Assembly (NCBI RefSeq): GCF_001194135.2
Contig: NC_068981.1
Span: 93,977,916-94,014,547, forward strand
Length of the DNA: 36,632 nucleotides
Direction: 5' to 3'
DNA from: Octopus bimaculoides
Lineage: Eukaryota
Part shown: in pieces, positions 1-9,600 of the stretch
How the letters are laid out: every line of letters starts with the position of its first letter
Position numbering within the stretch: position 1 is the first letter of the stretch
The notes under the pieces: generated by a model
What the model saw: only the letters and a program-made list of their open reading frames with translations
What the model was told of the DNA's origin: nothing
The model's database searches: none
Program-made: the position numbers and the translations under genes

Positions 1-411
1 AGTTTGCAAGAGGGTGTCATAGAATTGGTCTTTCAGACCATCTGGTAGCCCCGTTTGAGGTGCATAGGCTGAGATGACAGTAGCTAATCTATGATGAAGC
101 ACTAGTCTAATCTTAAGTACTCTGTCACTTACTCTAACTACCTCGATTACCTTATCCACCCATTCCTACGCCCCAGACCCCGTCAGTGTTCCGTGCCCAG
201 AAAATCTTGTACCTGGGTTCTTTGCCTGTGAGGAACCTCGCAGAATCTCTTCTCCATCTTACTTCCTGGATGCAGCACATATCTACGCGTCTCCGTTCAA
301 GCATCTCAACAATTTCACCAGATCTACCTTTCAGAGTGCCAATCCTAACAGTATGGGTGTTGGGGGTGTGGGCCTGTAGCCTGGGAAGGGGAAAAGCAGT
401 GTCGTGTGCAT
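1..411 (-). mobile_element. RTE-clade LINE 5' fragment (APE endonuclease), degenerate; runs off window start
   Basis: Minus translation VRIGTLKGRSGEIVEMLERRRVDMCCIQEVRWR..RYKIFW..GVG is an RTE-type APE N-terminus; homologous to 29440-29855. Confidence 0.85.
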
Positions 412-650
412 AATATACATAAGTGTGTATATGACTATGTATATGCGTGTGTGCGTCCTTATCTTGACATTGGGAAATAATTACGAAAAGTGTCACCATC
501 ATACTAGCAGTCTGATTTGGAAACATGTCCAGTCTTGGATAAATATTACCTTGCTTGGAAACAGTTGAGGGTTGATAAAAGGAAACAAATTCAGCTATAA
601 AAAAGTCTGAATTCTGTGATCCATGGGATCATGGAAAAGCAATGATGATT
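412..650 (+). mobile_element. 3' part of tRNA-derived SINE (family A, long tail)
   Basis: cttgacat...aaatattaccttgcttggaaacag.tgagggttg also occurs at 8460-8590 and 24060-24120. Confidence 0.55.
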
Positions 651-693
651 TGCAACTGAATGCTCACTTTCAAACATGTCTATATTCTTACAG

Positions 694-737
694 AAACACA
701 AGATATTACAGATCAAAGTAAATTAGATGCTTTAAAT
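694..737 (+). CDS. Candidate 44-nt internal exon of an unidentified plus-strand gene (ETQDITDQSKLDALN)
   Basis: tatattcttacag acceptor, AAT|gtaagt consensus donor, open frame phase 1 to 0; no homology recognised. Confidence 0.35.
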
Positions 738-844
738 GTAAGTACAAGTTATTCTGTTTTTTGTTTTCTTTTTTGTTACATCATTCTATGCCAACATGAT
801 GAAAGTCCATACAAGTTTAGCTATTTTTGTATATGAATTGAGGA

Positions 845-1150
845 GGTGACACATAGAAAATATCCATGCCAGTGACATGTAGAGAGCACAACACACAAAA
901 GGCACTTATGCCATTGACACATAGTAAGCAACCCATGCCAATGACATGTAAGTGGCACCTGTGCCAGTGACACATAAAAGGCTCCTGTGCCAGTGACATA
1001 TGTAAGACACATACAAAACACCCAGGACTCTCTATGGAGTGGTTGGCATCCAGCCATAGAAACCAAGCCAAAACAGCTTACCAGTTCTAATCAAACCATC
1101 TATTCCATGCCGGCATGAAAAACAAGACACTAAATGATGATGATGTTGAT
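845..1150 (+). repeat. RTE/SINE 3' tail preceded by about 6 tandem 26-nt units
   Basis: Units (c/t)(c/t)(a/g)tgccagtgaca(ca/tg)ta..gcac, then gagtggttggc..catccagcc..ttaaatgatgatgat tail. Confidence 0.7.
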
Positions 1151-1384
1151 GAACCTAAGATCCAGAGTAGTTCAAGAATGTAGGAACAATATGAAATGTC
1201 CATCCATAATTTATTAGATTTAAACTAAAAAGTTATTTTATTATTTTAGGTAACTCAAGGATTTTAATTTGTCTATATTTACTTTACTGAAAAATCTTTC
1301 TTTTACTATATAAAGAGGTGGTTAAATATATAAAAAAAATGTATTTGCATCTTTTGAACATTTTTTTTTTTTTTGTTATTCTGC

Positions 1385-1560
1385 CTCCCTTTAGCGGTAT
1401 TTCGTCTGTCTTTACGTTCTGAGTTCAAGTTCTGCCAAGGTCAACTTTGCCTTTCATCTTTTTGGGGTCGATAAATTAAGTACCAGTTGCGTACTGAGGT
1501 CAGTCTAATCGACTGGCCCCCTCCCCCTAAATTTCAGGCCTTGTGCCTTGAGTAGAAATG
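1385..1560 (+). mobile_element. tRNA-derived SINE family B, 5'-truncated
   Basis: ttagcggtatttcgtctg..gagttcaa(box B)..ggtcgataaattaagtacc, shared with 10930, 16680, 28050, 35062. Confidence 0.75.
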
Positions 1561-1754
1561 ATTACCTTGCTTCCCTGTCACACTCTAACCTTTTATCATC
1601 TGATACTGGATCACCTCCTCCAATGTCCCCTCCGTTGTAGCAAGACACCTGTTTCTGCCTTTCTGTGTCTTTGTCACCCTCTAACCTTTCATCCTCTGGC
1701 ACTAGTTCTCAAATGCCCCTGCCCCTCTCATAATTCCTTGTCTTGAGAGTTACT

Positions 1755-2020
1755 TGGTGACCCTGCTAGTGCTGGTGCCACGTAAAAAGCATCCAGCTGT
1801 AAAAATCAGGTCAAAACTAACTTCACCTGTGCTGGTGCCACATAAAAAGCACTCAGTCTAATCTGCAGTGTTGTTGGTGTTAGGAAGGGTTCCAGCCATC
1901 AAAACCCTGCCAAAACAGACAGAGTAGCATAGGGTAGTTTTTCTACCTGGCCAGTTCCTGTGAACTGCCCTACCCATGCATGGATGGAAAACAGACATTA
2001 AACGATGATGACGACGACAA
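1755..2020 (+). mobile_element. RTE/SINE 3' tail
   Basis: Duplicated gtgctggtgccac(g/a)taaaaagca motif, ttaggaagggt.ccagcc, ttaaacgatgatgacgac tail. Confidence 0.7.
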
Positions 2021-2287
2021 CTTCATGCAAGTTTGCTTACCACCATTTCAGGTTCAGTCTCAGGCCAACCCAAACCCTTGTGAGTGGATTTGGTTGATGA
2101 AAACCCATCATGTATGTGTGTATGTTTGCTTGTATGTATGTAACTTGTAATATATTCCACTCAGCTGAGGGATCTTGAGAGTACTTGGTGACCTCACTAT
2201 TGATAGTGCCACAAAAAAAAAAAGACAGTGCACTCAGTGAGTGTGTGTGTATATATATATACAAAGCTATTCTGATTATATGTCTGT

Positions 2288-2482
2288 GCACACGTTTGAA
2301 TGTGCCAGAGGGTTTGCAAATCCAATGGGGGTCTTAAAAGACATGTTAGGATCCACAATGAGCAGAACTTACTTGCAGGTATTGGTAGTGCAAATCAGAG
2401 GTGCAATCTGTGTGGGTGTTTTTTCAAAACACTGTCTGGTTTAAAAAGCCACATCAGACGCCATGAAAGGGCTAAGGTGTAG
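2288..2482 (+). pseudogene. Isolated pair of C2H2 zinc fingers, probably a retroelement C-terminal remnant
   Basis: CQRVCKSNGGLKRHVRIH and CNLCGCFFKTLSGLKSHIRRH; first finger broken by an upstream TGA; no TGEKPY linker. Confidence 0.55.
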
Positions 2483-2636
2483 GTGCAGGAGGTGGTCAAA
2501 CTCTGTTTAAGGAGTAGACAACCACCATATATACTAAAGTAAGCACATAAATGTGAAACAAGGTGGGGGAAAATAGTACTCAAATACCAGAAGTAGAGTA
2601 ATATGCTTTATTATTATCAAAGCTGCAAAAACATCA

Positions 2637-2674
2637 TAGCTACTCAGAGTTTCATGTTTCCATTCATCAGACAG
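2637..2674 (-). ncRNA. Minimal type I hammerhead ribozyme motif (intact core, weak stem I)
   Basis: Minus strand: ctgt CTGATGA ATG-gaaa-CAT GAA ACTC-t-GAGT A gc; CTGATGA at 2670-2664, GUA triplet at 2643-2641. Confidence 0.65.
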
Positions 2675-2693
2675 TTTAGATTCTCAATCTAAA

Positions 2694-2731
2694 CAGTCCA
2701 ACGAACGGTAAAGTGAAACTCTGTGTAGCAG
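2694..2731 (+). ncRNA. Degenerate hammerhead motif (inverted partner copy)
   Basis: cagt CCAACGA acg-gtaa-agt GAA ACTCTGTGT A gcag; core mutated, stem I 3' strand gcag retained. Confidence 0.4.
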
Positions 2732-3158
2732 GTTATTGTGATATTTTTGCAGTTTTAATAACAATAAAGTATATAGTGTATATGCAAACTATATAAAAAA
2801 AAAAGAGTAGAGCTTACTTATTCACTCGAAAACTGAAGTTTCACTCCATTGATACTCAGTATAATTCTTTACACTGTCTTCAAGGCAACTGATGAATAAT
2901 ACAAGTTCTCAATAGTTACATAACTCTTTCAGTTGTTGAGTGTGACTGCTTGACATTAACTAGCTGGCCCATTGTATATCTAGAACCACATCATCCTTCA
3001 CGAGTGTAATTTGAAAGAAATTTACTTTTTTCTTGTGGAAGCAGTATCCAGTTTCTAGTACACTTTCACAAATGTTCTTGTAAGGCATTATAATTTTGAC
3101 TGCAAGCTGGACTATTAAGGCATTATCAATTCTTTCAAATCCCTCTGATTGCTAACCT

Positions 3159-3297
3159 GAGTTCCTGTCAAGTTACTGTCTAAAACCAGCGATTAATTCA
3201 AAGATTTGGGAACTGGTTATGCTTAATAATAATGGATGAATTGCTAAAGCTAACGCTTCCACTGTTTCTCCCCACTGGCAAAGTCAGTTTCTCTAAA
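3159..3297 (-). repeat. Left arm of about 140-bp inverted repeat (partner 4635-4781)
   Basis: Reverse complement contains ttattaagcataaccagttcccaaatctttgaattaatcgctggttttagacagtaacttgacaggaactc, nearly identical to the partner. Confidence 0.85.
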
Positions 3298-3813
3298 GTG
3301 AGTTCAAGTGCCTCCCCCCCTCCCCAAATATACTACAATACATGTGGAATATTTTTTGTTTCATAAGATTGGTTATGTTGTATGTGCCTTCTTATAAATA
3401 TATTTAATATAATTCATCTTGGACTGTGTTTGAGTGATACTTTGGTTTTATACACTTGTCAGTAAACATACAAAACAGAATGCTGGTGTAGCATTTTGAT
3501 GGTGGATTTGACTCGCTTCTATTGCCTATACTGTTATAGCTAACTTTGGTAGTTGCCAGAAATATTCTAACATTTACCCTACTTGTATGGAATGCTATAT
3601 TATCCATGATAAAGGAAGACCTGACTTAGAACAAAACTCACTGGAATGCCTTCCTGCAACCATTTAGATATTCAAGCCATAATCAATCATACCCATCTCA
3701 GAGGGTCTGCATAGAGGTTTGGAACTCCCTTTCTTCTGACTATGCTCATTGTTAATAGTTCCAGGGTTAAATCCAAACTTTATTCAGAACCATCCTAAAC
3801 AATCTAACTTTAA

Positions 3814-4104
3814 CCCATTACCTCTCGTAGTTCTATTAACTGGAATTCTTTTTATGAAACTTTGATTTCTAGCATGAAACAGCCTTAGAAACATGCTGGA
3901 ATGATCAAAATAACATTTCAGAATAACATTTTAAATAGAAATAAGCGAGATATTGGGTGAAAAATTAGCAAACCTCATTTGAATATCAGAGAAATATACC
4001 TAGTAGATATAGCAAAAAGGTTAGATATGTGTAAATATTGACAGATAATTACGAAATTTGTAATTTTTAAGTGATCTCATACGAGATCACTGGTAGGTAA
4101 TGGG
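3814..4104. mobile_element. piggyBac-type MITE (291 bp)
   Basis: TTAA at 3810-3813 and 4105-4108; perfect 10-bp TIR CCCATTACCT/AGGTAATGGG. Confidence 0.85.
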
Positions 4105-4415
4105 TTAATGGAATTAAGAGTAATACTCATACTAAATAGTGGAATAAACTAGATGATTCTGACAAGCATTAGTTAAAAAAGTATCAAAAATGACATTTAT
4201 ATATATATATCTGCATCAAGTATTCATGTTAATGTTTGATTTATATGTTATTCACGCCAGAAGAGTTGGGAAAAAGTAATATACATATTTAAGGGGCAAT
4301 TCTCAAATATTTCATTCATTAAAATATCACAAAAATTATTTCTAGAAATTGAAGTAATAATGAGATTTTACTTTATTAGGTTTGTAAATAATGTTATTTC
4401 TATTCTCTTTTTCAG

Positions 4416-4553
4416 GAATTAAAATCGCTACTGAAAATACCTCTAATCACAGCAGATAAAAAAATAACCACTAATTGGTCACTACCTAAGAACGTTTTAA
4501 CAAAAATTAACACATATTGGTCTAACAACACATCAAATCATTCAATTCAATGA
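4416..4553 (+). CDS. Candidate terminal exon of unidentified plus-strand gene (ELKSLLKIPLITADKK...HSIQ*)
   Basis: Strong acceptor tattctctttttcag|G; phase-0 frame open 45 codons, compatible with exon 694-737; no homology recognised. Confidence 0.25.
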   Translation, partial: ELKSLLKIPLITADKKITTNWSLPKNVLTKINTYWSNNTSNHSIQ

Positions 4554-4634
4554 TCAAAATTTATTTTATATCTAATGAAATTTGGTTATATTTTGATTAA
4601 GCAAATTAAAATAAATTTTTTCGACTTTAGTGAG

Positions 4635-4781
4635 TTTAGAGATTTCTTATGGACGTTGTCAGTAGAGAGAGATACAATAGAACTGTTAGCTTTAACAATT
4701 AATCCTTTACTATTAAGCATAACCAGTTCCCAAATCTTTGAATTAATCACTGGGTTTTAGACAGTAACTTGATAGGAACTC
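4635..4781 (+). repeat. Right arm of inverted repeat (partner 3159-3297)
   Basis: ctattaagcataaccagttcccaaatctttgaattaatcactgggttttagacagtaacttgataggaactc. Confidence 0.85.
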
Positions 4782-5010
4782 TTGTTGATCTTAAAGCAGC
4801 AATACTTATGTCAGTGGGACCTGGTCATGAACTCTTTCAGAAGGAAAACACGATCTGGTGGAAACTGAAGAATATAGAGAAGTGGCACAAATATTTCCCT
4901 GCTGGATTTATTATATTCTCCATGTACTCGGGATCTAGAGTTTTCAGTTGTGCATGTTTTCTTTGGGAGGTTTTTTTTTTTGGTGGGGGAGGGGATGGAA
5001 CAGCAGTTAA

Positions 5011-5968
5011 CCCTTTCATTACTAACCTGGCCGTAGCCGGCCGAGAGTACCCATTGTTATTTAAATGTAAATTTGAACCCAAATCTCGTTAGTACATTCA
5101 TTAAAACACCTGATTTCACTTTGCAAACAGTTGAGTTATCGTCTCCAACATTGTTTGGCGTGACATTTGAACTCAGTGAATTTTGGAAGATTTTTTTCCA
5201 CATTTTTTGCGGCGTTAATTTTTTTCAACTTTGAAGATGGAGAAGAGTTTCATGCTATCAAGCAGTGATTCCGAATTTGAAGGTTTTTCAACAGAAGATA
5301 TGGAGATATCGAAGAAAAGAATGAATGAGCTACAAAAGCACGTGGTGAACGATAATAAATTGGATATTTCTGTATCCGAAACTGAAAGCAGCGACGGCGA
5401 CAGCGAGGATGATTTTTACACCAGAATGGAGTAAAGATTTTTAAAATATTTTTATTAACAATTTTTCTGAGGAGACAGGGTCTACCCATAGTCTTTCTCA
5501 GGAAGCGAAACCTTTAGACTTCTTTTTCATGCTTGTTTGAAATAATTACTGCGTAAACAAACCGGAAAAAAAAGATAGCTTGTGGTTTCCTGCAACTGTA
5601 GATGAAATACGGGCATTTTTTGCCATAAATATTATTATGGGTATTAGACAGTTACCCAGAATAACAAATTACTGGAGCGATCAATATATTTCCAGTATTA
5701 TGAATGAGTATGATTCGTGAAGCTGAACCAATATTTATATGTGAGAGACACTAGCAGTACCCCAGTTGGAGAACTTTGAGACAAAAATTATGCAATAGAA
5801 TTGATTAAGAACCCTTTCTTTAATTATGTTCCAAATATCACATTAATATGTTGATAAATAAAAAAGTTACAGGTGTTTAATGAGACTAGTCTAAATACAT
5901 GATTATTTTAGAATTTAATTGAAACTCATGAGGAGTGTATTTTGGTCAGAAATATAGTAACGAAAGGG
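5011..5968 (+). mobile_element. piggyBac internal-deletion derivative (958 bp)
   Basis: TTAA at 5007-5010 and 5969-5972; TIR CCCTTTC(A/G)TTACTA; acidic N-terminus SSSDSEFEGFSTED; transposase remnant WFPATVDEIRAFFAINIIMGIRQLPRITNYWS at about 5583-5680. Confidence 0.85.
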
Positions 5969-6674
5969 TTAAATTTATCCTTGAGAAATGTTGATTGCAT
6001 AAAGAAAATGTTTATGAAGACTGCACAATTGGAGGACAACTAGACCAGATTTCATTTAGATACTGTGGGATTTTCCCAAAATTTAATTCGTATTTCTGAA
6101 CATCACCAGCAGATGATCACGAGTTTAGTAAGTCGCTATAATAATTTTGTCCACTCAGTTCTTACAATGATATTTTAACCACATCTTAAATGATAACATG
6201 ATAATGGATGTGTCTCCTACTGTTGAAATATGGACTTGGTGTTCCTGTCACTGAACACAAGAGTAGAAAACTTACTTGAGAGTGCATTCTCAATAAAATT
6301 CTAATAGCAAAACTTACAATGGAGGTCATCTTGTGAAAGTTGATGCTCACTTGAAGCAATTTAAGTCATCTAATACTAGATGATTTGAAGTTCTTTACAA
6401 CCAATTCTATGAGAACATGGAAACTTCAATAGCTTCTCTTTAATGAGTGATTTTTTTTTCCTGGTTCAAGTATGTATTAAACATTTAATTTAAGCTATAT
6501 CAACTCTCATCAAGAATTTGAAAAGGTTGTCTCTCGGCCTTACCAATCTCAGGGCTTATGTCATCAAGCAATTTTTATCTTAATATTAGGTACTTCTAGG
6601 ACAAGGTGTCTTAAAGGAAAACTACTCAATCTGTGAAACTCAAATCACTCAGTTATATAATGTTGAGCATTTAC

Positions 6675-6770
6675 ATAACTCCTAGAATGTCAATATGCTA
6701 CAGATGTAATCACATGGGGAACATTATTCATAATTGTTTGAAAGATAGGAATTTTTGCCACAGCTTATCA
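6675..6770 (+). pseudogene. Degenerate gag/ORF1-like CCHC zinc-knuckle remnant
   Basis: PRMSICYRCNHMGNIIHNC fits C-x2-C-x4-(H>N)-x4-C; surrounding frames contain stops. Confidence 0.35.
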
Positions 6771-6866
6771 AGAGTTTTTAATCAATCAATCAAAAAAATT
6801 ATTAGTGGATATCCATTTTCCAGTCTTGAACAGGGAATACAATGTGGCAATTAATGTCATCATAAT

Positions 6867-7115
6867 AGTGAAGACACGTGGCTTAATGGTTAGGGGTATT
6901 CAGCTTGTAATCATGAGTTCAGTTCCTGGCAACACGTGTCCACGTTGCTTGTCCACTGAGCTGGCAAAAATGAGTAGTACTTGAATTTCAAAGGGTCAGC
7001 CTAGTCACACTGAATCTCCCTGAGAACTACGTTAGGAGTACATGTGTTTGTGGAGTGTTCAGCCACTTGCACCGGGTCAACTGGATCCCTCATTGTCATA
7101 ACCAGCAGAGTGCCA
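6867..7115 (+). mobile_element. tRNA-derived SINE (degenerate)
   Basis: gtgaagacacgtggcttaatggttag (box A-like) and gagttcagttcc (box B-like); head resembles 22555 copy. Confidence 0.6.
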
Positions 7116-7344
7116 GTAAAATGGTTAGACTGAAACATTTAGGAAGGATGGGTGAGACAGCTACTGGGATTCTTGAGGATGGATATCAATTAAAGATGGA
7201 GAAATACAAAATATTTAAAATCAACTGAACTTCATCCCATTTGTGATGTATTCATTAGGATTCTTCATGAAGGAGGAGAGACTGCAGAAGCAGTCAATAA
7301 GTTGTATGCTTTGAAATGCAATCAAGGAAACCACTTTCTCTGTA

Positions 7345-7488
7345 AAGTGGTTGGCATTAGGAAGGGCATCCAGCCTTAGAAACCAAGCCAAAACAGACTA
7401 TGGAACCTGGTGTGGCCCTGGCCTTGTCAGTTCCTGTCAAGCCATCCCACCCATGCCAGCATGGAAAACAGACGTTAAATGATGATGA
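7345..7488 (+). mobile_element. RTE/SINE 3' tail
   Basis: gtggttggcattaggaagggcatccagcc...cccatgccagcatggaaaacagacgttaaatgatgatga. Confidence 0.75.
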
Positions 7489-7786
7489 AATGAAAGTTGA
7501 GGAGAATGTGGAACTTGTCTCGTGTAGATGAGTCTCAGTATGCTAAACTGAAAAGAGATATATTTTTTTTATTTTGAAAAATCTTTTTTAAAACAAGTTT
7601 TTCCTAATATACTTTCAATTTCTTGCTTGATGATTTCCTTTACAGTTTTAAAACTCTTCATCTTGTTCAATTCTTGTATGCTAGAAAACAACATGATTTT
7701 GAACTTTTATCACCTGTTCTGAGCTAACCATCCCATGGTTAGACCCTTTAATAATCTCCAAAATAACAAGTACGTCATTTAATAAA

Positions 7787-7792
7787 TTTATT
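7787..7792 (-). terminator. Probable COX6B polyadenylation signal AATAAA
   Basis: tttatt on plus, 75 nt downstream of the COX6B stop, flanked by ATTAAA variants. Confidence 0.6.
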
Positions 7793-7866
7793 TAATCAAG
7801 CTTTAAGAATCTATTAGTTCACAAAGTATGTCTTTAATGAAAAAAAATTTCCTATAAATTAGACTA

Positions 7867-7920
7867 TCATATTTTGGCAGCAAATACTCCTTCTTCTATT
7901 TGTGTATCCCATTTCTCAAT
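7867..7920 (-). CDS. COX6B: Cytochrome c oxidase subunit 6B, last coding exon (IEKWDTQIEEGVFAAKI*)
   Basis: tttctttttcag acceptor at 7921-7923, phase 0, TGA at 7869-7867; typical COX6B C-terminus. Confidence 0.95.
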   Translation of the reverse strand: MEKWDTQIEEGVFAAKI

Positions 7921-7959
7921 CTGAAAAAGAAAGAAAAAAATATACAGATATACCAACAC

Positions 7960-8200
7960 ACACGAGATTGAAACATATCCGACCTCACACACTTCTCATG
8001 AGGAATTCTGGAAGGAGCTTCGTGAGACCACTACTACGTCACTTCCAGAAAAAAAAAAAGAAAAAAAGAAAAGCCGTTAGTAAACAGTTTATGGCATAGA
8101 CTCCATCTAAGAAGATCTGAAGAAGGAATTGTATTCCGAAATATCATCGGACTATGGATAACTAAATTACAACAAATATATAGTCCATTTTTTTATATTA
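7960..8200 (+). mobile_element. Penelope-like element 3' fragment in COX6B intron (antisense to gene)
   Basis: Hammerhead at 8114-8148 preceded by MRNSGRSFVRPLLRHFQK, which resembles PLE post-GIY-YIG C-termini; AT-rich tail follows. Confidence 0.5.
8114..8148 (+). ncRNA. Minimal type I hammerhead ribozyme, intact core
   Basis: GAT CTGAAGA A GGAAT-tgt-ATTCC GAA ATAT C ATC: 5-bp stem II, palindromic ATAT stem III, AUC triplet, GAT/ATC stem I plus distal TCCAT/ATGGA. Confidence 0.75.
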
Positions 8201-8268
8201 TTGTGCATTGTTGTATCATTGAAAACTTTTATTCTTTATATACCAGAGTTAATAAAATAAGTTATATA

Positions 8269-8673
8269 TGCAGGCATGGCTGTGTGGTTTAGAAGCTTGC
8301 TTCCCAACCACTGTGGTTTGGGATTCAACCCCACAATACACTACCTTTGACAGTGTTTTCTGTTATAGCCCTTGGCTGACCAACACCTTGTGAGTGAATT
8401 TGGTACACAGAAACTAAAAGAAGCCAATCATGTGTGTGTGTGTGTGCACGTGTCTGCTCTTGACATCACGTGATGCTTGTAAACGAGTGTCACCAACATA
8501 CAAACAGTATTGTTTGTTTCCAGTCTTCCATGAAAAACGTTCATGGAGGAAATATTACCTTGCTTGGAAACTGGTGAGGGTTGGTGATAAGGTTATCAAA
8601 CCATAGCAAATCTGCCTCAATGAACCCCATCCAAACCATACAAGCATAGAAAAGTAGATACTAAAATAATGAT
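8269..8673 (+). mobile_element. tRNA-derived SINE family A
   Basis: caggcatggctgtgtggtt.agaagcttgcttcccaacca head, (TG)n middle, aaatattaccttgcttggaaac tail. Confidence 0.8.
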
Positions 8674-8675
8674 GT

Positions 8676-8708
<33 letters not shown>

Positions 8709-8743
8709 ATCACATATTTGCAAGAAAAAAAATATATACATAC

Positions 8744-8858
8744 CCAAGCATTTGGGCAAATGGACTTGAAAACTCTCTTGAAGTAATCACATGGTTCATA
8801 GTCTTCTCCCTTGATTTTGTGACATCTGTGATAGTCTACATAGTTCTGCCAGCAATTT
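8744..8858 (-). CDS. COX6B: Cytochrome c oxidase subunit 6B, middle coding exon (NCWQNYVDYHRC...CDYFKRVFKSICPNAW)
   Basis: Four conserved Cys (Cx9C..Cx10C); cag acceptor at 8859-8861; TGG|gtatg donor; phase 2 to 0. Confidence 0.97.
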
Positions 8859-8994
8859 CTGTTGAAAAATATTAAAACACAAGCAATAAGAAAACAGTGT
8901 GATGCAAAGACATTTGTTTTCAGAAACTGGAATAAGTGATACTGAAATACTAGCAATTATTTCTACACTTGAGTACTGAATCACCATGAACCAT

Positions 8995-9198
8995 TTAACA
9001 TTTAAACCAAATATTCTACTTCTTTTATGTTAAACCGGCCAGATCAAGCCTTTCACACCTACCCTACAATGTTATTCTAAGAGTAAACAATCATGTCATT
9101 AAATTCCCAAAGCTATGAGATAATATGTAATTACTTCATAGTAATGTGAATAAATAAGCATCACATTTTACTGAGTAATCTGAATAGTAAAGAATTAA
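8995..9198. mobile_element. About 220-bp TTAA MITE family copy
   Basis: ttatgttaaaccggccagatc..cacacctaccctacaatg.tattctaa..tgtgaataaataagcatcacatt, shared with 9265, 22382, 24921. Confidence 0.7.
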
Positions 9199-9264
9199 GC
9201 ATTCAGCTATGAAATAGAACGACTGGTTTTGTGTATAAGGCAAACTGAAGCTATATCAATTATG

Positions 9265-9475
9265 TGCTCCATATATATGTTGTCAAATATTATTCCTGTT
9301 TTATGTTCAAACTATTCAGATTCAACCTCTCATATCCACTCTACAATGTCATTCTAAAAATAAACAATCACATTACCAAAATCTCAAAGCTACAAAATTG
9401 TACATGATTAATTCAAAACAATGTGAATAAATAAGCATTATATTTGACAGAGTGATCTGGATGTCAAAGGATTAA
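9265..9475. mobile_element. Second, tandem copy of the TTAA MITE
   Basis: Same internal sequence; ends gatgtcaaaggattaa. Confidence 0.7.
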
Positions 9476-9600
9476 ATGAAAACTATCGACCAACTTAGAT
9501 TAACACTCACATATTTCCTTTCAATATTAATTTTGTAAACAGAACCTTTGCTCAATCTTTGCTTAATGAAAATTATTTACATAGACAAATTTTAGCTTAC

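Larger units (their letters stand above)
2520..2775. mobile_element. Inverted pair of Penelope-like terminal-repeat fragments
   Basis: Arms about 2610-2682 and 2686-2768 are reverse complements around the core gtttagatt-ctc-aatctaaac; each arm has a hammerhead core followed by aataaag(c/t)atat. Confidence 0.6.

Noticed and set aside
845-1015. CRISPR-like array
   Set aside because: Units are adjacent without unique spacers, the context is eukaryotic, and the motif is part of the RTE 3' UTR
2820-3150. Long stop-poor minus-strand frame, possibly a GIY-YIG or pseudogene remnant
   Set aside because: It has several stops and only faint motif similarity (LNSPACSQNY), so it cannot be assigned without a search
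5467-5515. CTGAGGA...GAAAC motif in the piggyBac element
   Set aside because: It pairs as a simple hairpin and has no hammerhead stem geometry
7200-7245. KWDE-like alternative last exon for COX6B
   Set aside because: No suitable acceptor, and the true exon at 7867-7920 fits phase and homology
7480-7547. Minus-strand exon after the acceptor ctcttttcag at 7548
   Set aside because: It lies beyond the COX6B poly(A) signal, runs into an RTE tail and has no recognisable peptide or donor
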